From Lama glama (taxonomy: Eukaryota), in assembly GCA_028534125.1 (NCBI GenBank), contig CM052816.1:97526001-97590000 (forward strand): DNA of 64,000 nucleotides, read 5' to 3'. Below are positions 26,161-39,066 of this stretch, piece by piece. The notes under the pieces are model-generated. The model searched no databases and was not told the DNA's origin. It was given only the letters and a program-made list of their open reading frames with translations. Position numbers and translations under genes: made by a program. How positions within the stretch are numbered: position 1 is the stretch's first letter; every line of letters starts with the position of its first letter.

Positions 26161-27924
26161 ACTATGTAATCAGATTTCTGCATTTGGCGGAGATGGTTCT
26201 GCCTTTTGTTAGATTACAGTGTTCTGAGGTCTGAAGTGCTCACTAAGCAGGATGCATTGTCCTCAAGGGAGGAAATGCTGCCCAGAAATAAATTAGTTTA
26301 AAAGGAATTGTCCTTACTATTGGATGTGCCGAAAGAAGGCAGCGGGAGGCGGACAGACGGGAAATTAGGGGGACTTGAACATTAACTTAAGCTCGCTAGG
26401 CTTACTACTTTCTAAATGGCTCTAGTGCTGATGACAAAGGGAAACAGAAAACTACTCTGGGCCTTCCTTTTGAGATTTGGTCCTTAGAATACCAAGTCTC
26501 TGATACAGCTCTCAAGACTCTTGCAACCTGTCCCTGAATCACTTCTATTGTCATCATCCAGTCTATTCTTCATGCTTTGTGTTTCACACCAAATATTGTC
26601 AATAATGCTGTGGCCCCAGATGCACCACCTCCATGCTCAGGAACAGATACTGATGGAGTTCTGCCCACCCAAGGGTTACCCTAGTATGTCATCTCACACC
26701 ATGAACTAAGTTATTTCCTTTGAATTTGTGGTAAGGTTAAATTAGTTAATAAGAGAAACAAAATATGTATTTGAGTAGTTTTTTAAATGTATGCAATGCC
26801 ATTTTTATTAAATTAAAATTTAATAGCCCTTAAAAGTCAAGATTATGGGTGGATTTAAATCAATGTATTTCCACTAAATATGACCATGAGTATTTTAAAG
26901 CAAGTTTCTGTACCTTAGTGATTACTATTTCAAGAAAAGGAGCGTGTTTAAGTGTGGAGAGGAAGGTGGAGAGTGGGCTGGTATGAAATAACACAGGAGT
27001 TGGGACCTGTTGGGTATTTTGAGTTTTTAAGATTTCTCATATGGCTGTCTATGGTTTCATCATGTGAAATATGTCCAGAAGTGCATTCAGTGATGCTGAC
27101 TCTCCAGTTATTAGGGTGTAAAAGACCGCGGGGACCCAGTGACTCAGGAGAGAAGGCGGAAGCCTGGGGAATTCGATTCAGATGCTCGAGAGGAAAGGCA
27201 TATTTGTCCCTATCTTGTCCCAAGCTTGCTGTCTTAATGAACTGTGACTGGTACTGGCCCAAAGTATTGATTTTCCCATCTCCTGTTTTTATCAGCCACG
27301 CTTTGGGAAATAGTTGCTGCAGGCACCTGCCGCAGAGGCAGCCCACGTGACTCGTAATCAGCGGGGCTTTCTCTTTCCTGTTCATCTGACAACGTTTCTC
27401 TCTTACTTCTGCTTTTTCAGAGCCTAACAGTCCCGTCCTGCCTGAGCCAGCTTTGGGCTACATGCGTTACATGCAGACAAGATGGAATAACTTTTTTGCT
27501 ATTAATTTCAGAATCTTAAGACTGATTGTTATAATTTTCTCTCTCTGTTTCTCTTCTATAGCAGTTGCTAATAGCGAGCAGCAGAAACTCAGGCAAACAA
27601 AAATCGATTACCAAATATTTCGCTTCTCGAGGCAGAAAACAACCTTCGTAGGCAAACACGCACTTCCTCTTCATGCCTAGATATTGATAGTGACCGATCG
27701 TGTGGTGGCACATGATCACCCTGTATTCTGTTTTCTATTGATCTGACTCTTTATATCAATGGGACACAAGAAGCAAATATAAGAAAATGATGGTCACTTC
27801 ACTTCCCATATGCTTTAGATCCATGTAATTACTGTGCAATAACAAGAAAATGGATAACAAGATAAATATCATTTTTGATCTGCAAATAGGATAATATAAT
27901 TAACTAAATTACATAATGCCATAA

Positions 27925-28065
27925 GATAGATAAAAATTTAGACTGAATGTCAGGAAATGCTTCCTGATAATAGAAAATATTTGATTAATAGAAAGGCTCT
28001 CAGGACGATGGATGGAAGCTCTCCCACTCAGAACATTTCAAATTAGATAAAAGCCTGAAGGATGA
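27925..28065 (+). mobile_element. L3/CR1 LINE 3' remnant
   Basis: aatttagactgaatgtcaggaaatgcttcctgata...ctctcccactcagaacatttcaaattagataaaagcctg resembles the CR1 3' end. Confidence 0.55.
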
Positions 28066-28589
28066 AAGCTGGGCTTTTGTTTATATGTGTGTATCTCTTA
28101 GGGTTTCCTTAGCCAGCCCACCCACTGCACAAGCGAGAATATTTTATTTTAACTCTGGACGACACCGTGTCGTAAGCAAGTTGTTGATGGCAGTGTTCTT
28201 CCAATATTAATTGCACTTTCAAATTTCCGAACAAATGTCTTCTTTGCAACACAATTCAAAAGTCATAGTTTTACCCAATGTAGAAAAATGTAAGATGAAT
28301 TGATACACTCTGTAGCTTAAGGTTTCTTCATGTACATTTTACGTCTGTCATCATGCCTTTCAAGTTGACCTGTGAAGCAGCATTTCTTCTATTCCGCTCC
28401 TAGAAGTGTACAGGTAATGACTCAAGAAGCTTGAAAAGCTGTCGCCTACTGAACACATCAGATGTGAGGCTCTTATGCCCCCTGTGGTGTCCTGTTCTTT
28501 CCATCCTGAGTCTCCCGGGTCACGGCGGTCCCCTCCAGAAGGCAGGCAGGTAGGGCAGCCTATCTGTTTCATTTTTCCCCTTTAACCAA

Positions 28590-29640
28590 ATATGCAAGTC
28601 TTATTTAATATATTCTTGTGTTTAAATATCTAAGAAATACAGAAATGCAAAATACAAAGTTAAAGTCCTCTCTCTTTCTCTCTCACTTATCACCCACACT
28701 CCAAATCGGTACGTTCATCTCAGAACCTGTTGTGTGACTAATTTATGCACTCACGAACACACACAACGTGTTTTTAACTTAAATAGAACCAGTCTATTTT
28801 CATTGTTCTGTAACTTGCTGTTTTCAACTAGCAGTGTGTCCTGAGATTTTTGTAGGCTAAAGCATGTGGACCCACGCCATGAGAGACTATATAGTATTCA
28901 TGGTATTGGCTTTATTTATATAATCATTCTTAAATCAATGAATGTTAGGTTATTTTTAATTTTTCACTTCTACCAAAAATTTTATAATAAATATTCTTAT
29001 TTCTATACCTTGTGACTGAGTATTCAGATTTAATAGCATTATAAGCACGTCTTATATCCCAAGGTGGCATTCTCCACACTGCAAATATTACTTCATTTAA
29101 TCCTTACAATGTATTTATGAAACAGAAACTACCATCCCCATTTACAGGTGAGGAGGCTGAGGCAGAGAATGTTTGTTGCTTTTAAAATTGGAAACTTTTT
29201 TTCGATTAAATGTTCTAATTGGTTATTACTGGTTTATTAGAAAAAAACTACTGGTTTTCAAGTATCAATATTTTAACTAATTTTTGTACTGAATTTACTC
29301 ATCAGACTTAATAGTTTCAAATGATTGCACTGAATTTTAAAACAGCTTTATTGAAGGGTAATTTATAGACCATAAAATTCATCTGTTTTAAATGTACAAT
29401 TCATGACTTTTAGCAAAGTTACCAAAGTATGGTTTATAGTTAACCCCCATTTCCATCTCCAGCTCCAAGCAGCCACCGAGGTAATTTCTGTCTCTATAGA
29501 TTTGCCTTTTCTGGACATTTCAATTAAATATAATCATACACTATGCGGTCTTTTGTGTCTGGCTTCTTTAATTCAGTGTAATATTTTTGAGGTTCATCCA
29601 AGTCATCGCATGTGCGTGAGGTTTTATCATTCCTTTTTGT
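28590..29640 (-). mobile_element. Cluster of antisense L1ME (~28590-29015), MIR (~29030-29170) and L1MB-type 3' end (~29335-29640)
   Basis: ttgttctgtaacttgctgttttcaact; ccccatttacaggtgaggaggctgaggcagag; aacagctttattgaagggtaattt...tctgtctctatagatttgccttttctggacattt. Confidence 0.7.
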
Positions 29641-32239
29641 TTACTTGTTTGTTGTTTAGTTTGGAGGAGGAAGACAGGACTTTAGACAGCAAGAGAATGT
29701 GAGGAAAGACATTGGTGTGGAAGGCATCCAGGCAGTGAGGGCTGGTCAGACACGTCCTCTCTCGAGTCCCTGCTGCTGGTACCATCACCTGAGTCACCAC
29801 GTACCCCCGCAGCCCTCCCTCCATTTGAGTAAGTTGTACTTTTCTCTCCAGATTTGTCCTGAACAAGAAGAGGGAAGAATGACAGCTCATCTGTCTATTG
29901 TTAATGTGAGTGGGTTGTGGACTTTCTGAGTGGTGCTACCTAACATCAAATCCAGTGACAAGGTCCTCGCTCTTTACCTTGAAACATCCCTCCAGACGCA
30001 ACTACCATTCACTGGCACTGGCTGTCCCACGTAGCACAACACAGTCATGTGTCCTGGCCACAGGGACAGCAGAGAATGCTCCCGGCCACCCTCCGGAAGC
30101 TGGTATCACAGTCGCTGTGCACACCCCAGGGGTCTACGCACATGGCTGATCTCGTTGGTGACCATAGCGTAGATGACGTCCCTTTACTGTAAAGAGTGAT
30201 GCTCAAGGATGATTAAGGGAGACAGTGAGACTGTCCCTGCCAAACCCTCCTCTGCGGCTGAGGCTTACCCAGCTTAACTGCACTCTCAGAGAGAAAACAG
30301 AGACCACTCTCCTTATCTCACTAAATAGACCCAATTTTCTCCCAACATACCCAATACACTCCTACCTTCTCCATCTTTAGGAGCTAGATCAATTCAGAAA
30401 TGAATTGACATGAATTCAAATTGAATCGTTACCTTATACGTTAAGTTGATCCATAGTAAATCATTGCCCTATCGGGCAAAGCTGGCAAACAGCAGGTACT
30501 TCATATAGTTTAACCTAATGACTGAACTCATCATCTTAACCCACATGTAATTCTAGGTCCCTCATATGTTCTATTTGGATCCAGTATTGAAATAGAATTA
30601 TCTTCCTCAATTCCAGCTGTCACAACATATTTCGCATACTTAATTTTCCCTATCTATAAAATAATTCAAACATTCTCAAATCCTATAAAACAACAGTTCA
30701 AATGTTGAAACCTACTCATAACACAAATGCTATGCCAAGTGTGTCACATGCGGTGCTGACATAGCATGACAGCATAGCTAAATTGGGAATTTTTCTGTAA
30801 GTCTTTTTCTAAACAGTCAAAGTATTCGGTCCATCTGAATATTCCAGCCATTGATTTGTTAACATTTCTGGGTTAAACATCAGCTTCACAAAGGAGATCC
30901 ACAAGGCTTGCCTAACTTTAAGCAAGTTTAAAAGAATCCATATGTGCAAATACACAGGATGAGAGAAAAAAATTGGATTTTTCTAACAGTAATATAGATC
31001 ATTTACTTAGACGCCAACTCTTAGCTGAACAAATAATTTTCAGCATGCATGTTACATATCCATATTTATGTAGCTTTTCTCTAAATCCCTTGAGATATCA
31101 GCAAAAATGCTAACTATATCCTCAAGGAACATATATGTCTGGTGTAGAGGAGCTGAAAGTAGGCAGAACAGTTTTTAAAACAGAATGACTGCACATCTTT
31201 GTCCCTTAGAAGTTTAGAAGAGAAAGAAAATGATGTTAAATAAGCCAAGTGAACAGCCAGGAAGAAGCCAGAGAAGGCAGCTGGAGATACACTTTGCATT
31301 TTTCTGCCAGTTTCCAAGTTCCGCTGTTGAAACTATGCGGCTGCTGGAAGGCCGCAGCTCCAGTGAGTCCTCCTGTTTGGGGCACTGTTTCAACAACGCT
31401 CTCCTTGGCTCTTACCTGAAATTCCTTAGTAAAATTTCAGGGACTGCTCTTTCCAGTCACCTATATTTTGTACATATTTTGGATACCAAATACGTTTGGG
31501 TTAAAACCTCTCATTTTGATCTCAAAAAGCAGTTTGCTTTCCCTTACTAAGAAGTTGGCAATAAAAAGATGCTTTCATTAAAAAACAATCCTTCAATGAA
31601 TGCTTCAGACGTAATCCTAAAACTATGCCATAGTTCATTCCTTAATGAGTTTGGGGTTGAAGAAAATAGTTATGTTAATGGAAACATTGATTTTGGAGGG
31701 GAGAACCCTTTAGAACATGTACCCACCATAATTAACACTAATTTTCAAAATGTATTTGAATTCCATTAACTTCTGTGTAAAATATCAAATTAACATATTT
31801 AGTAAATGGAATAAGAGGTATTAATTGTTTAAGAGCTTTAGTATTGAGCAGTTTTACAGAAAACCATATGGAAGCAGTGTTTGTCATTCTATATCACCTA
31901 GTCAAAATTTTGTGAATAATCTTTTGACTTTAAAACAAGTTCTATGAGCATCTTTTGAACAGCCCAAGTACTTTTTTCTTTTCAAAGGCCCTCCCTTCAT
32001 AAAAGACAATTCATTGACACAGAAACAGAGCCAAACGCACTATTTGGGAAAGAATGATACATAAGGGGGTTAGAACTACAATCCTGAAAACTTCATAGAG
32101 GAAAGTCAGGAGTGGAATGTGGCAGAATTTGAAAGATGACAAAGCAAACCTTGCTTATGTCTAGACGGCATCAGCCTCCCTCTGAGGTTATACTGTTGTT
32201 ACTCTCCACAGCCTTGACATTTATATATTTATTTATATA

Positions 32240-32570
32240 AATACTATATGATATCACTTTTACCTGAAATCTAAAAAATAATACAAATGAAGCTTTATAC
32301 AAAGCAGACTCAAAGACATAGAAAACAAATGTATGGTTACCAAAGGGGAGGGGCAAGGAGGGACAAATTAGGAGTGTGGGATTAACAGATATAAACTATT
32401 GTGCATAAAATAGATAAGCAACAAGGACTTACTAAATAGCACAGGATATTATATTCAATACCTTGTAATAACCTGTAATGGAATATAATCTAAAAAAACT
32501 GAATCACTTTGCTGCACACCTGAAACTAACACAATACTGTAAATCAACTGTACTTTAATTTAAAAAATTT
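32240..32570 (+). mobile_element. Cetartiodactyl-type L1 3' end
   Basis: tatgatatcactt...gacatagaaaacaaatgtatggttaccaaagggga...gaatcactttgctgcacacctgaaactaacacaatactgtaaatcaactgtactt plus A tail. Confidence 0.88.
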
Positions 32571-33186
32571 CAACTTGCTTAAGATATCCCTGTCTCTATT
32601 TTGAAAATATTTTTCTTTATTTCTCATCTTCATTAAAATTTGCCATGATTATTATTTTACTGTTTAACATAAATAAGAAAGGGTGAAAAAGAAGTGAGGG
32701 GCTCTGATTGAAGTATGCCTGTATGTCGGTGATGGTGGTAGCTGGGGAACCGAAGGGCAGTGAACTACCTGCCTTTTTATCAACCGTCTTGATAAATCTT
32801 GGGGCTAATACAAAAAAAACTTAAAATTCAGTTCCTGAACTCATGGTCCAAAGAAGCAGATATCACTGGTGGTGTATTACAGGGAGATGGTACAGCATAG
32901 TGTAACAGTTTGTCTTTGAGATGATCTAACCACTTATTTGCATCAGTTTTTGGCTCACCAAACATTTTGTGCTTGATTCGTTTATAGACGTGGATGCTGG
33001 GGAGAGAATGCTCTGAGCCCTTGATGAGAATCATTTGGTGGACATTTCTTAACGGTAGCTGAACAGGTGGGCGTGTTATTTGTTACGTAGGCGCTTCACG
33101 TACTGAGACATAGATGCCTGTGCTTGGCTCAGACTTCTATGAATTTGATTCAAGATGTTGAACTTGTGGAGCTAAGGTCCAGCCCC

Positions 33187-33490
33187 TACCCAAAGGGCTA
33201 CACACCTACATTCTTACAGGGGCAGGCAGCTAAATGAATGAACAAGGGGCAGGCTGGGAAACACAGCCAAAAAAAAGAACTGGCCTAAGCCAATGGTGAC
33301 CATACGGGAATGTGAGACCACCTATTGTCAGATCCAGACTTTTAAGAGGAGACAAACACCCAGATTTTTGTGGGAATCCTACTGATGCTTAAATATTAGC
33401 ACAGTGTTCTAAAGCTGCAGCTGGAGTGGGCAAGTCGTGCTTGGAAGCAGGGTCTGGCCTGTAGATGGCCAGGAGGTGGCTCCTTCCCCA
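33187..33490. mobile_element. MER102-like hAT-Charlie element
   Basis: tacaggggcaggcagctaaatgaatgaa...ccatacgggaatgtgagacc...gtcagatccagacttttaagaggagacaaacacccagatttttgtgggaatc. Confidence 0.7.
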
Positions 33491-34904
33491 GGCCCTGGGA
33501 GTTCTGAAAGGAGGAAGTCCTGCTCAGCTTTCTAGAAATTTTCTTTGCTTAGCACCATCATGTGCCTAACTGAAAATGACCAACACGTCTCATGATTTCA
33601 GGGGAAATTGTGCGCTTCCGTTAGTCCTGCATCTTTTATCTTAGACCAGTTAATGGAAGGTATTGAAATAATTATGGTAACAATGACAAATAATACTCTT
33701 TCTGCACACACGTAGCGTGTTATAATTACGTATTCACACACATACACCCATAGAGTCTGTCCCAAGGAATGGAAGTCATTCCTCTTGCTTTGCCATTTCT
33801 AATTAGAAATCTTAAGATACAAAGGTTTGCAGTGGCTTCTCCATGGACAAAGACTCTCCCCAGTACATACCATTAGACCTAATATTTCTAGACCTCTCTC
33901 AAGGTCATCTTTCTCTATTACAACACAAGGAAAGACTGATGAATCAGTTCCTTCAAAAAACTGAATGGATGTTTGTTTTCCAAAGAAAAATCTATGACAG
34001 TGTCTTTCTAATGCCCTCAATGCTCACTGTTTCTTGTAACCTGCAGAGTTTTTCACTGATCTTATCAATTAATGTCTCCATGGGTGTGTGTTCTTGCCGA
34101 TCTCCTTAATCTGGAAACATAGTCATGCCGTTATCCATTGCCTAAGTCAATGACTGCTTTATCTGCGTTTTCTGCCTCTTCTGATGTCCAAATATGGTTT
34201 CCTTCTCACTTTATATGCAATAAAAGGAAAATCAATAAAATCAGTATCTTACTTAGTAAAATTAAAAAAATGGAGCGGAAAGGGAGGATTCCATTTAATT
34301 TTTAATTCAATGATGAATATTAAGGGGGTTGCCTCATTGCATCTGGCTAATGATGAAAATTAGCCCATGTGATGGTGTTTACAAGGCTGTGCTGACAGCT
34401 GGGAAAAAACAGGTCAAACTCAAGTGCTCTAATTCACTCTCATGGTCATGCAGTGTGGAAGGAGGGCTCGTGACCTCTCTCAGCCCGGATTTCTTTCTAT
34501 CTGCCACAGTTGGGAAGCAAATGAACCCTAACTTTTGGGTTATATTTCTTTCTATTTTCCCTTTTTGTTCCTAAGCAACTGATGTGTTCAGGCTCCTTTG
34601 ACACTGGCTGCTATAAATTGACCGTTGTAGGACAAAACACATGCTGATGTATTGGTAATTTAATAGGCTAATCATCCTAGAACTTGTATTTTAAGAGCAT
34701 GGAAGGAGGAATCACATAATTCAGTGGAATTAGTGTCTGGTGGTCATATCTCTGCCACTGTGATTCTTAGATGAGGAAATAAGAGAGAGAAAAGAAGTGC
34801 TTGGAAATAGCTTTTACTATCGTGTGAAAAATCACAAGATGCTGTGTAGATGTCCAGAAGTTAGTTATAGTGCATACTTAAAGGTCTATATTCTTTGACT
34901 ATCC

Positions 34905-35202
34905 GCTATGTAGCATAGTGCCCAGAGATCACAGTACTATATTGTATACTTAAAATTTGCTGAGAAGGTGGATCTTATATGTCTTAGTGCACACACACAA
35001 TATTACAATAAAAGGGGTGGGAAGAAACTTGGGGAGGTGATGGATCTCTTTATGACCTTGATAGTGGTTATGGCTTCATGGGTTTATACCCATCCCAAAC
35101 TCATCAAGCTGTATACATTAAGCTTTTTACACATCAATTATCAATTATTATATACATACAGGTTTTTGCACTTCGATTATCTCAATAAAATGGTTTTTAA
35201 AC
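34905..35202 (+). mobile_element. Old L1M 3' end
   Basis: actatattgtatacttaaaatttgctgagaaggtggatctta...ggaggtgatggat...ccttgatagtggttatggcttcatgggt...caaactcatcaagctgtatacattaa. Confidence 0.8.
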
Positions 35203-36526
35203 AATCATGCCATGAAGGTAGCTGCTTTCTGGATAATTCACTGCAAAAGAACAAATAATAAGAAAGATCTTGACCAAACTTCAAGGCGGGGAAGTCAAGT
35301 CTTTGCTAAATGATGTGTCCGTAAACAAGCACGATGACACTGAAGACTCCACTCTGACCATTGTTGTCCAGGACTGACATCAGTCTGAGGCTGCTTAAAC
35401 CAGGGACATCTCGGGCTTGAGTCGTCTTGTCCACTGCTGCCCTCCAAGCCTCAGCACCACGCACTCAAGATACAGTCACCAAACGGATGAATCCAAGAAT
35501 GAATCCAGCCCGTGCAAGGGGCGAAGTGCAGCAGGGCTCCACAGATGGCCACACGAATGACCATTCAGATGAGCAGTGGAAGCTCATTCAGGGGAGCTTT
35601 CCTACACACATCTTTGTATTTCAAAATATCCACACATCAGGGAGATGATTCCACATGACATGCAAAATCCATGGTGTGATGGAAACTAGAGCAGGGCCAA
35701 CTGACATTTCCCTGTTGGCTTGGTCACAACAACTGTGTGCCTTTGGGCAGGAGAATCAACCTCTCTGAACCTATGTTTTCATCTCCACAGTATAAATGGT
35801 GCTTATTTAAAGGGAGGCTGTGTGTACAACTGAGAGAAAGTGAGATATGAAACATGACCAAACCCTGGACTCAACTGTTATTTCCCCTTTCCTCTCACTT
35901 TCTTTTATTTTTCTTGCCACATTTCCTTCTCTTCCTCCCAATACCTGGATCATGAAACATTTTCATTGTTACCATTCAGTCTTTATTTCAGAAGGGTAGC
36001 GAGCTTGAAGGGAGAAGAATATAAAACATTTCTAGTGGTTTATGTGTTTCTCCAGTAGTTTTTAGTTTATTTTCAAGGAGTTTCAGTTATTCCAATAAAA
36101 CAGCATAAGTAGGTCTAGATTTGTGCAAAGTCAACGCTTTCCAAAACCTAGTTCCCTGCCAGCTTATAAACTCTCGCAATCTGCTGCTCCCGTGCAACTA
36201 TCCACGCCTTTACTGACTGAGTGTTTGCTCTCCTCAGCTTTGTGCGACGTGCAAACACGAGTAAGATAGTTACTTCCTTACAGAGCTCATGCTTTGTTTG
36301 AGAAGAGGGAGGAACGTAGGCAGGGAACATAAGCCACGACACAAAAATACAGCAAGAGAGAAATTCTGTGTTACAGGGGAGGGCGGCACTCTGCAATCTG
36401 GGACTTGGGTTTGGGGTTTGTGCTTTTGTTGTCATCTTTTTGCGCTGACAGCACTAGGAGGCAGCTGTCTTTGGTGGAGGTGATTATTCTGCACACCACA
36501 GTTAGCATCCAGGAGTTTGGTTTCAA

Positions 36527-36715
36527 GGAGGGAAGGTATAACTCAGTGGTAGAGTGCCTGCTTAGCATGCATAAATCCTGGGTTCAATCCCCAGTACCTC
36601 CATTAAAAACATACATACATACATACATACATACATACATAAGCCTAGTTACCTTCTCCCTCCAAATAAATAAATAAATACACAAATAAATAAAAATTTG
36701 TAAAAGTTAAAAAAA
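36527..36715 (+). mobile_element. Vic-1 camelid SINE (tRNA-derived) with TSD
   Basis: ggtataactcagtggtagagtgcctgcttagcatgcataaatcctgggttcaatccccagtacctcc has A and B boxes, then (CATA)n, cctagttacc and a (TAAA)n tail. TSD agtttggttt at 36514-36523 and 36716-36725. Confidence 0.92.
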
Positions 36716-36799
36716 AGTTTGGTTTGTTATGTTCAGCACTGGATTAAAATCGCTCTTAACAAAATTTTTACTGCCTTTCTAAAATTTCAACTTAAAGAT

Positions 36800-37270
36800 G
36801 TCTTTCCAGCCATCACAAAGCCCACCTCCAGCACGCAGACATGGCCCCTGCCCGGTGCCTCTCCACGCTCATCCAGAGTAAATGGCCCCAGTAGTAACAG
36901 CGTCTTTGCAGAATCTCCCTTGACAAGTGCTGGGACTTCCCTCGGGATAGAAGGAGGCAGAGATGCAAAGTCAATGGCTGTTAAAACATTGATGTCTACA
37001 AGGTCCTCATCTGCAAACTTCTTGCTCCACTGCTTTTCACTCCTTATAGTTGCACCAAGTATGGACTGTGCATTATTCCAATTGCATTCATTCCCCACCG
37101 TCTCTCCATGAGCTTCTTATCTCACCGCTGCCCCAGGGAAGTGAGAAGACCTGAGAACGAGAGCTGGGTCCTGCTTACCTCTTCCTCTTCCATCTCCCAC
37201 AGCACCGAGTATGATGCTAGGTTTGTGCACAGCAGCACACGTGGAAGAAGGAATAAGTGAATGAGGAAAG
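36800..37270 (+). mobile_element. L2 3' remnant
   Basis: ctccacgctcatccagagtaa...gtgagaagacctgagaacgagagctgggtcctgcttacc...catctcccacagcacc...aagtgaatga. Confidence 0.5.
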
Positions 37271-38717
37271 AATAAGAGAGTCAGGGAGACAACTAGAAAG
37301 AACTTGTGTTTGGGAATAATGCAAATCTGGGCTCCAACCCGCCATCTTCTCACTGTGTGGTTCAGCACAAGTCACGCAACCTCTCTGAGTCTTTCTGGAT
37401 GATTTCCTGTGATAATTAGTGATGAAGGATATAAAGCATCTTCTGAGGACAATGGCTCCAGTATGAATTCTTAAAAATTAGAAGGTCTTATCCCATAAAA
37501 ATGGAAATTTTTGAGTGTTTGTTCTATATGGGAGAAAAGAAAATCAAGAACATTTTGGGTTTTCCAAGTATATTATAAAATAATAACTGGTTCTTGATGC
37601 ATGATCAACTAAAAATATTCAAGTGTGGCCACAGAAATTTCCTGCAATTTCTTTCCCAGGCCTGGACGGGACAAAAAGCTACAAAGTGGGAATGCTACCA
37701 CTCCTCTTGGCATGAAATGGGAACATTTCTCTTGGGGTCAGGACAGGAAAGTTCTGTTCTGAGAAACTGGGTCATTTGTACAAATCTACACCACTGTTTT
37801 ATGGAACTTCACAGGCTGCAATCCTGAAAACACATACATTTTTCCTGACTGTGTCTCCAGACAGGCTGGGTCAGCCCCCTTGTGCTCTCCTGAGGATAAC
37901 TGGGGTGGCTTCCAAAGACTTGCAGTTCTCCTCAGGTGTGAGAACAGTCTTGTTGGACATTACACAGTTGAAGAAATCCAAGCAAAATCTGAGTTCCTCG
38001 TTTTAGCAAGAGGGTGGGGCGAGGTGGGGATTGTCCAGATCAGGAGAAGGGAGGGAGTTTAGTGTTTCTAGAATTTTCCTTGCTCCATCTCCTTCCCTGC
38101 TTGTCCCCACCTTTGGGGTCTGGAATAAGAGGAGAAAGGACTGAAGGGAAAACATATTTGGATTCAGCTGGTGCAATTTAAAAAAAATCTTCTCTTAGCT
38201 CCAAAAGGACTTCTTCTCTCTGGGAGCTTGTGTGGCTGTGTGGAGACACCCCCTGGGAATCCCAGCCCTGGACGGGCTCCTGATTAGGTGGCATCTCCCC
38301 ACCACCGGGAGAGTGGGCAGGGTCCTTTTGTAACCGAGCAGGACCCTGTTGGCATCAGTGACCATCTGATGTCTGTAATGCTGTTTGTAACTGTTTAACT
38401 GTATGATGGTTTAAAGGGTTTCCTCATGCTCTTGCCGACCAGGGCTGGGCTGGAGAGGAGGGAGGCATGGGAGGTCTGCCCAGCCCCCTTGTGGTGCTGG
38501 TGCTGTGTGCAGGGGTCATGTTCAGTGCCCTGCTCCTGACCCAAGTGCCCTCCTCTTGCCCCCTTGTGGTTTCCTTGTATCCTGTTATTCGAGCGGCAGG
38601 CCTCAGCTTGCAGCAGGAGGCCTTAGACCTCAGCCTGCTTAGAAAGCTAGAAGCATTTATAAACCTGATTTTAAACTGCACAAGTTCTTCTCTCGAGCTC
38701 TTTTCCTAAGCATTCTT

Positions 38718-39066
38718 TGTTCTGGGTACAAGAATACTGAGAGAGTCCCAAAGCCAGAGGTGAACTTCATACCCAGCAGAGGGAAGGGGACCACCGCGCC
38801 AGCAAACACAAGAACAACTTTATAACAATTTGCTCCCCTGAATGCAGTCTCTATGGAAACTAGCTCCGCCCCCTTGAACTCTTGAACTTCTACTATAAAA
38901 CTCCCCCACCTTCTCTCCCCATCAGGCTCACAGTCTTAGAGGCATTAGCTCACTGTGACCTCCTTTGCCTGGCATAGAAATAAAGCTGCTTTTCCTACTT
39001 CATCCAAAGCTCTGTCTTCAAGTCTCAATTCAGTAAATGGGGCATAGAGGCCATGTTTCGGCAACA
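38718..39066 (+). mobile_element. ERV1-like solo LTR
   Basis: tgtt...aaca termini, TATA-like tataaaa 38894-38900, AATAAA 38979-38984, flanks tctt/cttt. Confidence 0.75.

Noticed and set aside
31411-31465. Minus-strand micro-exon candidate with CAG|GTAAGA donor
   Set aside because: The acceptor lacks a pyrimidine tract and all three frames contain stops.
36536-36600. tRNA gene
   Set aside because: It is the tRNA-derived head of a SINE with tail and TSD, not a functional tRNA.
36787-37098. Protein-looking minus-strand ORF (EKQWSKKFADEDLVDINV...)
   Set aside because: Overlaps an L2-like remnant and matches nothing I recognise.
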